Sequence record: NC_029103.1
Strand: one strand, 5' to 3'
Length of the DNA stretch: 64,000 bases
Part shown: piece by piece, positions 54,146 through 63,705 of the stretch
Numbering within the stretch: the stretch's first letter is position 1
Layout of the letters: every line of letters begins with the position of its first letter
Notes under the pieces: generated by a model
The model's input: only the letters and a program-made list of their open reading frames with translations
Told to the model about the DNA's origin: nothing
The model's database searches: none
Translations under genes and position numbers: made by a program

Positions 54146-54499
54146 ATGAGATGTTTTAAGGTTCAGGAGGTAATTTGCGTAGATGAAGAAGAAAAGATCA
54201 TGATAAACCTTACAAGGAGAAAATATAAAATTTTAAAGGACGAGGAATACTTCAAATTAATAGAGGAGTTAGAGAAGTACGGTAAAGAGTTAGAAGTTTT
54301 CGTCATAGCAGATCATCGGTACTTTCCAAGGACTTATTATGCTATTTATAGTATCAAGGTCGGTACANCNATATACTANTATTTTNTGGANNTTTANGAC
54401 GGTAGNAGTGCANNNTATTCNTATNNTTTNTGNAAGNNAAGNAANGAATGNGAGAGTANCATTAATGACTTAGAAGAAGANAACATAGCGATGNNNTAA
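54146..54499 (+). CDS. Acidic protein, paralog family D (copy 1)
   Basis: YFPRTYYAIY motif; CTAAC-type promoter. Confidence 0.65.
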   Translation: MRCFKVQEVICVDEEEKIMINLTRRKYKILKDEEYFKLIEELEKYGKELEVFVIADHRYFPRTYYAIYSIKVGTXIYXYFXXXXDGXSAXYXYXXXKXXXEXESXINDLEEXNIAMX

Positions 54500-54549
54500 T
54501 TNATTTTTTCTTTTTTGTTTTCTCTCTAAAACAGCTGTTTGAGGTATTT

Positions 54550-55017
54550 TTGTGTGTTATACGCTTTGATGTTGTTCAACTTCTAACGAAACTTGTTAGG
54601 TGTTACGGCTTAAATATTATTTACGACAAGAGAGTATANGAGGGCAAAATGACCAGATCAGTAGGGTTTTTATGTGATACGTCAGAAATTTTTTTAAACA
54701 TAGATGATGAAGTTGTTATCATTAAATTTAATAATAATAGAAAAATCATCGACATTGATATCGACNTAAAGAGTANATANAGNGATTATTCGAATGAATG
54801 TAGGGAAATTAAAGAAGTGGAGACGGATATAGAGGAATTATACTCAGCAAAATACTATCCTAGAACATATTATACAATTTATAGGGTTGTTGTACAACAA
54901 CCTAAAATAAAGCTATATTTAATGGAAAAGTTTAACGGAACCACAGGTTTAATCGTGTTCTTCTCTTGCAGAACTTTCAGAAACTGTATTAGAAAAATNG
55001 ATAANTTTGAAAAATAG
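54550..55017 (+). CDS. Paralog family D (copy 2)
   Basis: YYPRTYYTIY motif. Confidence 0.55.
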   Translation: MCVIRFDVVQLLTKLVRCYGLNIIYDKRVXEGKMTRSVGFLCDTSEIFLNIDDEVVIIKFNNNRKIIDIDIDXKSXXXDYSNECREIKEVETDIEELYSAKYYPRTYYTIYRVVVQQPKIKLYLMEKFNGTTGLIVFFSCRTFRNCIRKXDXFEK

Positions 55018-55191
55018 TCATTTTTCCTTCTTTGCGTATAGTACTTTCCCGTGGATTTTCAACACTCCGGTTCTGTCATACTCTGCTAACGCGTCTAGAT
55101 ACTCTTTATACGCGTCGACAATATAATCTACTCTCTTGTGCATCCTTTCCAAGATCTTTTTCTGTTCATCTGTTAACTTATGTTCAACCAT
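55018..55191 (-). CDS. Small protein of a type common on Sulfolobales mobile elements (start MVEHKL)
   Basis: LTDEQKKILERMHKRVDYI...RTGVLKIHG; family recognition from memory only. Confidence 0.6.
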   Translation of the reverse strand: MVEHKLTDEQKKILERMHKRVDYIVDAYKEYLDALAEYDRTGVLKIHGKVLYAKKEK

Positions 55192-55234
55192 TTGGGATTC
55201 ACTATTAACTATACTTCTGTCGAACAATTTATAA

Positions 55235-55786
55235 CTACATTTCGCTCCACATTCCCGTCGCCATNANGACNTATATTATGCTCATCACTTCTCCGAACNA
55301 CGATAAGAAATCGATAATTAANGAGAGGTCTNNGACAAACAGCTGTANTGGNGGAGCGATGAACGGTAGTGATATNCTGGACGTCATAGGTATCAGTATA
55401 GCGGTAAAATACACTAAAATGCTNTNGAAGCTNTTGAAGATGAACTGAAGTAGTAAGTAAATGAAGATTATTTGCATAGTACTCATTTGTTGTTGAGACA
55501 AGTTGAGCAGGTAATTTCTNGTGAANAACGCAGAAATAGTNGCAAGTCCTGCTATTACTCCTCCTGCTATTATGCCTGCACCTTGAAATATACTCCCTAG
55601 AATGTGTTCTAGAAATAGCACTAGATTGAACGACAGCAATGTTGAGATATAATTTGCAAGTGTGGGGTTCGTTGAATATTCGTTGAAATTAATCAAGGTC
55701 ACTAGCAAGTCGACTAGAAAAGTCGAATATATTATACCCTCATTTATCTTGTAGAAAACGGTCGCAAGTGAACCTATCAGTCCCAT
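55235..55786 (-). CDS. Multi-TM membrane protein
   Basis: Several hydrophobic helices; operator at 55814. Confidence 0.65.
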   Translation of the reverse strand: MGLIGSLATVFYKINEGIIYSTFLVDLLVTLINFNEYSTNPTLANYISTLLSFNLVLFLEHILGSIFQGAGIIAGGVIAGLXTISAXFXRNYLLNLSQQQMSTMQIIFIYLLLQFIFXSFXSILVYFTAILIPMTSXISLPFIAXPXQLFVXDLXLIIDFLSXFGEVMSIIXVXMATGMWSEM

Positions 55787-55866
55787 AAGGAGATTTTAGA
55801 CCCTGGAATTAAAAAACATATGTTTTAGCTCCAAGGGCTGGGGGGGGGGTAGGGAAGGCCCTTGCT

Positions 55867-56259
55867 ATGGAATGGAGAACCCAGTATTTAAATACCCTTT
55901 TTATCAAAAGTTCTCTTATGCTTACCCAAAAAGAAATGGTTTCGGCAATTTATAATTGTGTTAAGAAACGTGAAAAACATCTTATTGACGAAAAAGCTTT
56001 CTTAATTTCCCTCTCTGTAGGAATCCCTATAGACGATTTTTATGAGGTAGATGGACGTCTTACTTATCGCGGTTTATCAAGCGTTTATGATGTTGACTGC
56101 GGGAATTATTTGTCTATAATAGATAAATACGATGAGAAAACGATTTTAGGGGCTTCTCTGTACATGTTTAACCTAATAAGGAGAGGAGTACGCGGGAAGT
56201 TAAACGAGAAAGCCTCAAAATTACTCTCGGAACTTAATCTATTCCAGGGCTATTCTTAA
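55867..56259 (+). CDS. Hypothetical protein
   Basis: 130-aa ORF. Confidence 0.55.
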   Translation: MEWRTQYLNTLFIKSSLMLTQKEMVSAIYNCVKKREKHLIDEKAFLISLSVGIPIDDFYEVDGRLTYRGLSSVYDVDCGNYLSIIDKYDEKTILGASLYMFNLIRRGVRGKLNEKASKLLSELNLFQGYS

Positions 56260-56299
56260 TTTCTTTCATAACCTCTTCTTTATTCAACAGACCCTCAAG

Positions 56300-56785
56300 T
56301 TATTTTTTCAAATCAGCGTGGATCTTCGAAAAAAGATAATAACCTAAGGAGTCCTTTGAGGGCATAGGTGTCGTGTCGGCAACTAGTGCGTGTAATAATG
56401 CTCCGCTCAGCTCAGATATATAAGGGAATACTTCTTTTTTCTTTATATACACCAAGATAGGCATCCCCAAAAACACTACTAGGAAATTTGCGGTGTCGAA
56501 TATATCTTTAATCGTGGAATCCTCATTCGTGTTAGTCTTTTGCAGTTTCGAATATACTGTTGTTACGAAGCGTAAATACAACGAATAATAAGCGGTTATT
56601 AGGAAATTAGGGTTATCAGAATTTAATACCTCTTTGTAGAACTCCTCTTCATTTTTCTTCAACACGTCAATAAGTTTTTGTAACCTGTCCATTGTCATAT
56701 TAACATATTCTTCTATGGTCGCATTCTTCATTCCTTTTAGAACCTTATAATATTCCTCTAAAAGGAGAGGAATGTTAGCTAACAT
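56300..56785 (-). CDS. Hypothetical helical protein
   Basis: 161-aa ORF. Confidence 0.55.
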   Translation of the reverse strand: MLANIPLLLEEYYKVLKGMKNATIEEYVNMTMDRLQKLIDVLKKNEEEFYKEVLNSDNPNFLITAYYSLYLRFVTTVYSKLQKTNTNEDSTIKDIFDTANFLVVFLGMPILVYIKKKEVFPYISELSGALLHALVADTTPMPSKDSLGYYLFSKIHADLKK

Positions 56786-56905
56786 AGTTACAAATCTAAT
56801 ATCGCAATGTAGTATATTTAACTTTTGAGCAGTTCTTGATTTTTCAAGTATAAAGCCTTATCCGATTATAATCCTGTGATATCTTTATCACTTTTCTCTT
56901 TTAAA

Positions 56906-57270
56906 CTAAATAAATACCCTACATAATGAACAAATAAAGTGGCAAGATAGTCCTCATATGCCGGAATATAACCATGATATTCATGTAATATAATTTTTCC
57001 AATCACCCCTAAATATTCAGACATATATTCCTTATTATACACCCTGACTACTGGATATGTTCCCTTCTTGATATCGATTTCAATATATTTTACCTTTTTT
57101 ATACTATCTAGGTAAGGATTATCTACGATTATAGATTTGTTTTTTATCTTATCTAGATAAGGATAGTCTGTGATTATATATTTGTTATCCTCAGCTTCAG
57201 CTATGATGAACTTCGATTTCCAGTAACGTTTTATACTGAAATCTGTTGACCTTTATATGTATATCTTCAT
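56906..57270 (-). pseudogene. ORF interrupted by a TAA at codon 6 (pseudogene or base error)
   Basis: ATG overlaps the upstream stop; about 115 open codons follow the stop, with the internal repeat DYPYLDKIK/DNPYLDSIK. Confidence 0.5.
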
Positions 57271-57560
57271 CTACATCCTTTAGGTATATGTCGTCTACTC
57301 CTTAACTCCCCATAAAGGTCTGTATCTCTTCTAACTATTTCTAATGTCCTTTTTCTTAACTTACGACGTCTCAATTCTAACGTACCGTCTTTTTTCCATA
57401 TTATTTCTTCACTACATATATACCCCTCTTTATACCCCGCATATTCTTCCCCAATTTTTACGTTATGTCCGACATCTATGTACCCTCTACATGCCCTAAA
57501 CTTTCCTTCAAAAACCTTATTTTCTTCTAAAAATTTGCAAAGGAAATATGTTCTTTTCAT
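57267..57560 (-). CDS. Small basic protein
   Basis: 97-aa ORF. Confidence 0.55.
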   Translation of the reverse strand: MKRTYFLCKFLEENKVFEGKFRACRGYIDVGHNVKIGEEYAGYKEGYICSEEIIWKKDGTLELRRRKLRKRTLEIVRRDTDLYGELRSRRHIPKGCR

Positions 57561-57591
57561 TTTTGTTCCAACCTTGTTTCAGTTAAAATCT

Positions 57592-58078
57592 TTAAAACGT
57601 CATATGTACTGCTAGAAACAGCATTAATATCCCCAACAACGTTGCTAACCCATTAGCAAACGGGTTGTTATAGGAGAAATGTGCTAAAGCTATCCTCTTC
57701 CACCTTCCGTCGACCTTATGGTAAAATCCCCTTCTCAGTGAAGATGTCTAAGAGCATGTGAGAAAGCCCTGCTACAGCTCCGTCCATGAAAGTTATCAGG
57801 ATAAGCATGATAGGTGAATGAAATACGAAGTGTAAAGCGAGGGCAAACGGTACTGAACCCAGCAATCCCCAACCAATGCTCCTCGGTATTGTATGAGTTG
57901 TTGGAGTCCTCGAGATATATTCTCCCTTTATTTCATGTCCCAGAGTATCAATAACGTTGTTTATGAATATGGAGAGAACTCCAGCGTTTACTACGAGTAG
58001 AGGAGAGCCACTCAGGAGAATGAAGTTAAGCAGTGTTAACAAACCAAATGAAAATATATAATGTGTTCTTAACTGCAT
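57592..58078 (-). CDS. Membrane-bound metal-dependent hydrolase (YdjM/DUF1286-like), extra T near 57727
   Basis: TH, DTLGH, RTPTTH and SHMLLDIFT motifs; removing one T gives KGIYHKVDGRWKRIALAHFSYNNP. Confidence 0.75.
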
Positions 58079-58263
58079 CCTTTATCCCCACTTATTTCCT
58101 TATAATAATATATTTAAAAGTATGAACATGACTCCAACCAGTTAGGTATTTCTCTTGGTCAGTCTCAGACCAGTATGTTGGCTTTGCCAGTGAGTGCTTA
58201 GCAAATCACTCAAACATATGTTTTAAATATCTGTTTACCAACGATATACATAGGAGGATAGAA

Positions 58264-59046
58264 GTGGAAAGAATACTAGATGAAGGATTCTTAGATGGGA
58301 GGGCAGTTATAGAAGAAGTATTTCGTACGAATGTCGGAGATGGTACCGTCTACGTATACAGAATAGAGCCTGATGAGTATCATAGTGGCGACATAGACTT
58401 TACTGATTTCTATATTGCAACATACGATACTAGTGGCAATCAAGGAGAAATATGGGGTTGGGGTGAAACTCCTAAGGAAGCACTGAAAAATGCGGAAAGG
58501 AAGTGGGGTGAAGAAGAAATAGCTAAAATGCGAGAGAATCCAACAATGGGATATTTCAACCCCTTTTTACAGGCTTTAAAAACGTTAAAAGAAAGGATAA
58601 AAGAAAATATAAAAGAAACATTAGAACCAGTGTTAGATGAGGTAAATGTAACGGAGGAAGACTTGGAAGACATACTCTTTGAAGACTTAGAAAAGTATGA
58701 ATACTTGACCGGAGAGACAGTTGGAATACTAGATGTACGAGGAGTATTCCGTGATAATGTCGGAGATGGTATTGTCAGGGTGTACAGTATAAGCGATTCT
58801 ATCGCATACAATAATAAATTACCCTTTTCTGCTGACTTCTATATTGTGACGTTATCTTCCTCAAATGGGGCTGGTATTATGGAAAAAACGTGGGGTTTAG
58901 GTGCCACTCCTGAAGAAGCACTTGAAAATGCGGAAAGGAAGTGGGACGATCTAACAGGTGGATATCTCAACCCGTTTACAAAAACTTTAGAAATGTTAAA
59001 AGAAGAGGAAAACGAAGAGGACAACAATGTATTGCAAAACTATTAA
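58264..59046 (+). CDS. Acidic protein made of two tandem ~120-aa domains
   Basis: FR.NVGDG.V.VY, DFYI.T, WG.G.TP.EAL.NAERKW and Y.NPF each occur twice. Confidence 0.8.
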   Translation: MERILDEGFLDGRAVIEEVFRTNVGDGTVYVYRIEPDEYHSGDIDFTDFYIATYDTSGNQGEIWGWGETPKEALKNAERKWGEEEIAKMRENPTMGYFNPFLQALKTLKERIKENIKETLEPVLDEVNVTEEDLEDILFEDLEKYEYLTGETVGILDVRGVFRDNVGDGIVRVYSISDSIAYNNKLPFSADFYIVTLSSSNGAGIMEKTWGLGATPEEALENAERKWDDLTGGYLNPFTKTLEMLKEEENEEDNNVLQNY

Positions 59047-59157
59047 TTTTAATATATTCTAGAATTTCACGCTTATCGATTCCTGCTTCTCTGATACTCT
59101 CCTTTCAAGGGGTTGAGTCGTTCAGTAATTTAAAGCAAACATGCTAAGTTTATACAT

Positions 59158-59676
59158 ATGAGAAGTGGTTACAAGAAAAAGATTAGGAGAGTTAAGACAC
59201 ATAACCACGACCTATACATATATTCCTTCCCGTGGGAGTGCTACAAATTCAACCAAATAGGCGACGATGTTTACGAATTATTCCAAGCTGACTGTCACGA
59301 CCCTGAAGCCAAAAGAAAAGGGGAGACCGTGGTAACGCTGAACGTTAAAAAGAGAGGTATTTATTACGTCCTGATGTTTCCGGAGAAGATAGTAATCAAA
59401 CTAGCGAAAGAAGAACATAGATACACTGTGACTAATTTACTCTTTCTCCCCAGAAAGGTCTACGACTTACAATTCGACGACCAGAACCTTACTCTGAGAT
59501 ACGTATATCCTTCTGGCAAAAAAGTAGGCAGTGTAAAGATCAAATTGCCCAAGCCGATTACGTTTGAGAGAGACAGAAAAGATGAGTACAGTATACTGAA
59601 GTTCTGGAAGGCAGAAGATTACGAGGTTTTGAAAAAAGAAGTCCAGGGAAAGGTGAAAGTTGTTGCGAATAAATGA
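59158..59676 (+). CDS. Basic hypothetical protein coupled to the P-loop ATPase
   Basis: Overlaps the next gene. Confidence 0.6.
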   Translation: MRSGYKKKIRRVKTHNHDLYIYSFPWECYKFNQIGDDVYELFQADCHDPEAKRKGETVVTLNVKKRGIYYVLMFPEKIVIKLAKEEHRYTVTNLLFLPRKVYDLQFDDQNLTLRYVYPSGKKVGSVKIKLPKPITFERDRKDEYSILKFWKAEDYEVLKKEVQGKVKVVANK

Positions 59677-60580
59677 TTACATAAAATTAAACGACACAAA
59701 CCCGGAGGACGCACTGCTGAAAGTAGATTACAACACGCTGTTACCGATGTTCGACAGATACTACACACAGGTGTATGAGGGCAATGTAAAGTTCATCGAT
59801 TTCCCCTACATGGAGAAACAATACGCCGAACTATCTAGAAAATATTACATGGAAGGTATCGCAGACCTCACGGTACTCATGATGCACACGATATACCAAA
59901 TAGCGATAGACAGAAAGGAACATAAGTTCGAAAAAATAAGACCCGTACCGATTGACACAGGTCAAACGTCAATCGTTAGCGGTGAGAGCAGAGGAGGAAA
60001 ATCCTCACTAGCATTATGGCTAGCCTACGCGTTATACGGGGACTGGGACGTCGCTATTGCCCACATCATCATTGACCCCTTACAACTCGACGACTTAATT
60101 GAGGCGATGAAAACGTATGGAATAAACAAAATCCCGATGATAATTATAGACGATGCCGGAATAGGATTTGGCAAGCAGGTGGGGAAAATGGACAGACTGA
60201 GACTAGAAAAGATACACAAATACGCACAAACCTGGGCAATTAAATTCGGCAACGTGTTGATGACTATACCGTCGGAGACGAGACTATCCGGTGTGTTAAT
60301 GAAAGCCATGCCGTCGTCGTACGCCATTACGATAAAACCGTTAACAATGACGACGTCTGAGGCACATGTATACAAGAACGTTGTGAACATTACCGGGAAG
60401 CTATTGAAGGTTAAATATTCGCTGAGAGATTACAACAATATTCCCGTCGGGCTTATGGTGAAGAACGAGCTAAAAAAGTACGCTCATGTGGTGTACACTC
60501 CAAGACTTTTGCCGGAGGACGCTTACGCCAAATATAAGCAACTCAGGGAAGACTACTTGTATATTATCGCGAAAATGTGA
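59660..60580 (+). CDS. P-loop NTPase (ASCE type)
   Basis: Walker A GESRGGKS, Walker B IIIDD. Confidence 0.8.
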   Translation: MLRINDYIKLNDTNPEDALLKVDYNTLLPMFDRYYTQVYEGNVKFIDFPYMEKQYAELSRKYYMEGIADLTVLMMHTIYQIAIDRKEHKFEKIRPVPIDTGQTSIVSGESRGGKSSLALWLAYALYGDWDVAIAHIIIDPLQLDDLIEAMKTYGINKIPMIIIDDAGIGFGKQVGKMDRLRLEKIHKYAQTWAIKFGNVLMTIPSETRLSGVLMKAMPSSYAITIKPLTMTTSEAHVYKNVVNITGKLLKVKYSLRDYNNIPVGLMVKNELKKYAHVVYTPRLLPEDAYAKYKQLREDYLYIIAKM

Positions 60581-60612
60581 AACTTTTTCCTAACTCAACC
60601 TACTTATGTTCA

Positions 60613-60654
60613 AAGGAGAGTGGGAAGCCTTGCCCTTTAGAGCGGGGTAGCTCA
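60613..60654 (+). mobile_element. Solo IS605 right-end remnant
   Basis: GGGAAGCCTTGCCCTTTAGAGCGGGGTAGCTCAC. Confidence 0.7.
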
Positions 60655-60726
60655 CCCTGTCTTGTGCTGGATAAAAGCACCTGTTTTCTTTAAATATTTC
60701 CTTGTCAAAATTCCATTTAGATAAGA

Positions 60727-61530
60727 ATGGACACAAATGATTATTTCCTAAAAATAAGTGAGTACTGCAATTTTAATATAGACTGTATCGATAAGACGTT
60801 GTCAGATAAAAAGAAACTAGGGAAAATCTTAGGCATAGAAAATAAGAAGGAGTTAGACAACATAAGGTTTTTCATAAGCACCAATTTCGATAAATATGTT
60901 TACAGAAATTATAAAAAATTCCCGAAGGACGAAATAGCAAAGTTTATAATATCTAATATGTGCGGTTATGATTTCAAATGCATGCTAGAGATACTGAAAG
61001 AAAATAACTTACAGGACATGCTAGATTATATGCTAGATTATTGGGCTAAGACCTACGATATTGAACCCATAGTTAATGAATTTATCACTGTTTCTTTAGA
61101 TGATCCCTTGGAAGATTTAGATCATAGTGAATATACATTGCCAACTATCGCATGGCTCGAGTTTATTGATAGACCAGAAGCAAAGCTTCTTTTTGCAATG
61201 TATGATGATTATGTTCCACTTGGAATATTTGATCGTATGGAGGGAAAATATCATTATAATTATAAGGAAGTGTTCGGTGAAGAACCGGAAGATATAGAGA
61301 ATAAAATAAGGGAATTAGTAGACAAAATTGAGTCAAGAACAGAAGACCGTCTCAGAGAAATTGCAAAGAGTATTTATGATGAAACTCTTGAGCTAATAAA
61401 TAACAATCCGGCATACAAAATTGTAGATTATATAGAGTGTTATAGTTATCTGTGCTACCTGTTGGATTTGGATAAAATTCCAATAGTTCATATCGACGAG
61501 AACAGAAAAAATCAACTTCTTAATACTTAA
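60727..61530 (+). CDS. Acidic hypothetical protein
   Basis: 267-aa ORF, D/E/Y-rich. Confidence 0.65.
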   Translation: MDTNDYFLKISEYCNFNIDCIDKTLSDKKKLGKILGIENKKELDNIRFFISTNFDKYVYRNYKKFPKDEIAKFIISNMCGYDFKCMLEILKENNLQDMLDYMLDYWAKTYDIEPIVNEFITVSLDDPLEDLDHSEYTLPTIAWLEFIDRPEAKLLFAMYDDYVPLGIFDRMEGKYHYNYKEVFGEEPEDIENKIRELVDKIESRTEDRLREIAKSIYDETLELINNNPAYKIVDYIECYSYLCYLLDLDKIPIVHIDENRKNQLLNT

Positions 61531-61634
61531 CTTTCTGGGGGTTAAGGGGGCGGAAGTNCCTACCGTCCGTAAGGTGGGGGATGGATAGCCCCCTTATAGA
61601 AACCTTTTATAGTTATCAAAAAATAGATATAACT

Positions 61635-62042
61635 ATGCGGTACAGATTGGACAGAGGATCGCATTCAGTTTACGCTCTTTATTACCACTATGTCCAAGTG
61701 GTGAAGTACCGCAGGAAGGTGTTCGATAATGAAGAGATTATAAACTTCTTGAAGGAACAAATTCAAGAAATAAGCGAAACGTTCGAGGTTGAGGTCATAG
61801 ACATAGGGGTAGATAAAGATCACTTCCACATGTTATTCAAGGCGAAACCGACCCTGAATATACCCAGATACATAAACGCGATCAAGACGATCACGTCTAG
61901 GGAAATACAGAGAAAATTTCCTCAAGTAAAGGAAAAACTATGGAAAGGACACTTCTGGTCACCTTCCTACTTCCTAGCAACAAGTGGACAAGTAACACTA
62001 GAGGTGCTGAAAAAATATGTGGAGAGCCAAGGGAAAGAGTAA
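61635..62042 (+). CDS. tnpA: Y1 HUH transposase TnpA
   Basis: HFHML HUH motif; FWSPSYFLAT with catalytic Tyr. Confidence 0.93.
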   Translation: MRYRLDRGSHSVYALYYHYVQVVKYRRKVFDNEEIINFLKEQIQEISETFEVEVIDIGVDKDHFHMLFKAKPTLNIPRYINAIKTITSREIQRKFPQVKEKLWKGHFWSPSYFLATSGQVTLEVLKKYVESQGKE

Positions 62043-63257
62043 CAAGATCCAGTTATCATTCAAGTACAGGATTTACCCAACTAGGGAAGTAGAGGAAAAA
62101 CTCCTCAGAGTGATGCAGGTTGAGGCTAAAGTGTACAATGCGTTGCTAGACGCAGTGAATAACGCAAGGAAAGAAGGGAAAAGGATAACACCTAAGGACA
62201 CCCAAGACATGTTGAAAGACTTGAAGATAGAAGGGAAGGAACTAGTTTACTCCAAGGTTCTTCAAATGGTGAATAATCAANTGTGGTACAACATTAACTC
62301 TCTTCACGAACTGAAGAAGAGAGGGAAGAAAGTGGGGAAATTGAGGTACAAGAAGATCATGAAGATCATAAACTACAATCAATCNGGTTTCAAGGTAGTT
62401 GGAGATAANCTNATNCTCTCAAAGATAGGGGAGATGAAAGTACTCTTCCACAGACCGTTAGAAGGCGAGGTAAAAGGGGTAATAATAAAGAAGAGTGCTA
62501 AAGGATGGTATGCTATCTTCCAGGNTGAGGTNGAAAAGANACCTCTNGAAAAAACTGGGAAAGTNGTTGGNATAGACTTAGGAGTGGAGAAACTGGTAAC
62601 TACTTCTGANGGCGTAGTGATAGAAAATCCTAAGGTCTTTGATAAGGTAGAGAGGAGGATAAAGATTTTACAAAAATCATTATCAAGGAAAAAGAAGGGA
62701 TCTAGAAACTACGAGAAGGTTAGAGAAAAACTAGCCAAGATACANGAGTATGTGAAGAATCTCATGAANGATTATATTCACAAGGTAACTTCGTGGCTCG
62801 TAGAACAGTATGATGAGATATACGTGGAAGATCTCGATGTGAAGGAGATGGTTGAGGACAGTGANAGNAAANNTTTGANAAAGCATATTCTCCACTCTAA
62901 CTTCTCCAAGTTCATNAGCNACCTCTCCTACAAGGCTGAAAGAGCTGGTAGGAGGGTGGTGAAGGTAGATCCGAGGAATACTTCAAAAAACATGTGCTAG
63001 ATGCGGATACGTTAAAGAAGGATTTAACGTTGGTTGACCGTGTGTTTGTATGCCCAAAGTGCGGTTGGGTCACTGATCGCGACTATAATGCTTCTCTAAA
63101 TATTCTTCGTGCGGGGTCGGGACTGCCCTTAGAGCCTGTGGACAGGAAACCTCTGCTATACATCCCCTTCTCAGAGGGGGTGTATAGTAAGTTTCCTGGA
63201 AGAAGCAGGAAATCCCCATCGCGAGGTGGGGATGCCCCGTCCGTGAGGGCGGGGTAG
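62017..63257 (+). CDS. tnpB: RNA-guided nuclease TnpB (extra A in the A6 run at about 62990 splits the C-terminus)
   Basis: RuvC IDLG, YVEDL and DRDYNA; zinc finger C.RCG...CPKCG is restored by removing one A. Confidence 0.92.
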
Positions 63258-63378
63258 TTCACTACTTAACCCTATTTTTTATACTATCTCCTTTAGTGTT
63301 TACCCCTGGCGTAACTCTCCTTGCATTCGGTGAACCGAATCTTCCTCTTTTTAAAATAATCTGATAAGAACATTAATC

Positions 63379-63705
63379 ATGGGGAAAAAGATCGTCTCAT
63401 TTAGACTAGAACGAAGTGCAGTTGAAGCTATTGAGTTTAAGACTAAGAATAAATCTACGTTCATGAGAGACGCTATAAACTACCTCCTCCAGGAAGGTAT
63501 AACAAAGGATGATATCCTAAAAATAGCCTCATCAATCCCGGTAGACGAGAAGAAACAGGTAAGTGTAAAAATTGATGAAGAGACGTTAGGCAAACTAAAA
63601 CGGATTGCGGAAGAAAACGGTATACAGGTAAGTGAGCTAGTAAGAATATCAATATGGAAACTCCTCATGAAAGAAGGGCTTGTTAGCTCCATACAACCCC
63701 AATAA
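63379..63705 (+). CDS. Tandem double ribbon-helix-helix DNA-binding protein
   Basis: IVSFRL...NKSTFMRDAI and QVSVKI...QVSELVRISI. Confidence 0.8.
   Translation: MGKKIVSFRLERSAVEAIEFKTKNKSTFMRDAINYLLQEGITKDDILKIASSIPVDEKKQVSVKIDEETLGKLKRIAEENGIQVSELVRISIWKLLMKEGLVSSIQPQ

Larger units (their letters stand above)
854..58145. promoter_or_regulatory. Dispersed palindromic element 2: CTAACNNGTTAG joined to (G)CAGAAA-TATA
   Basis: Copies or variants at 854, 15856, 38342, 39235, 49100, 49467, 52595, 53316, 54083 and 58134. Confidence 0.85.
61546..63262 (+). mobile_element. IS200/IS605-family element (tnpA+tnpB), about 1.72 kb
   Basis: Left-end hairpin at about 61555-61584 after GTTAA; right-end hairpin ending ...GGGTAGTTCAC at 63262; tnpA and tnpB overlap. 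Confidence 0.92.

Noticed and set aside
55833-55860. G-run (GGGCTGGGGGGGGGTAGGGAAGG) as a G-quadruplex
   Set aside because: A single occurrence that may be an inflated homopolymer; no supporting context.
61524-63270. TACTTAAC direct repeat on both sides of the IS as a target-site duplication
   Set aside because: IS605 elements do not create TSDs, and the left copy lies 14 bp outside the inferred end.
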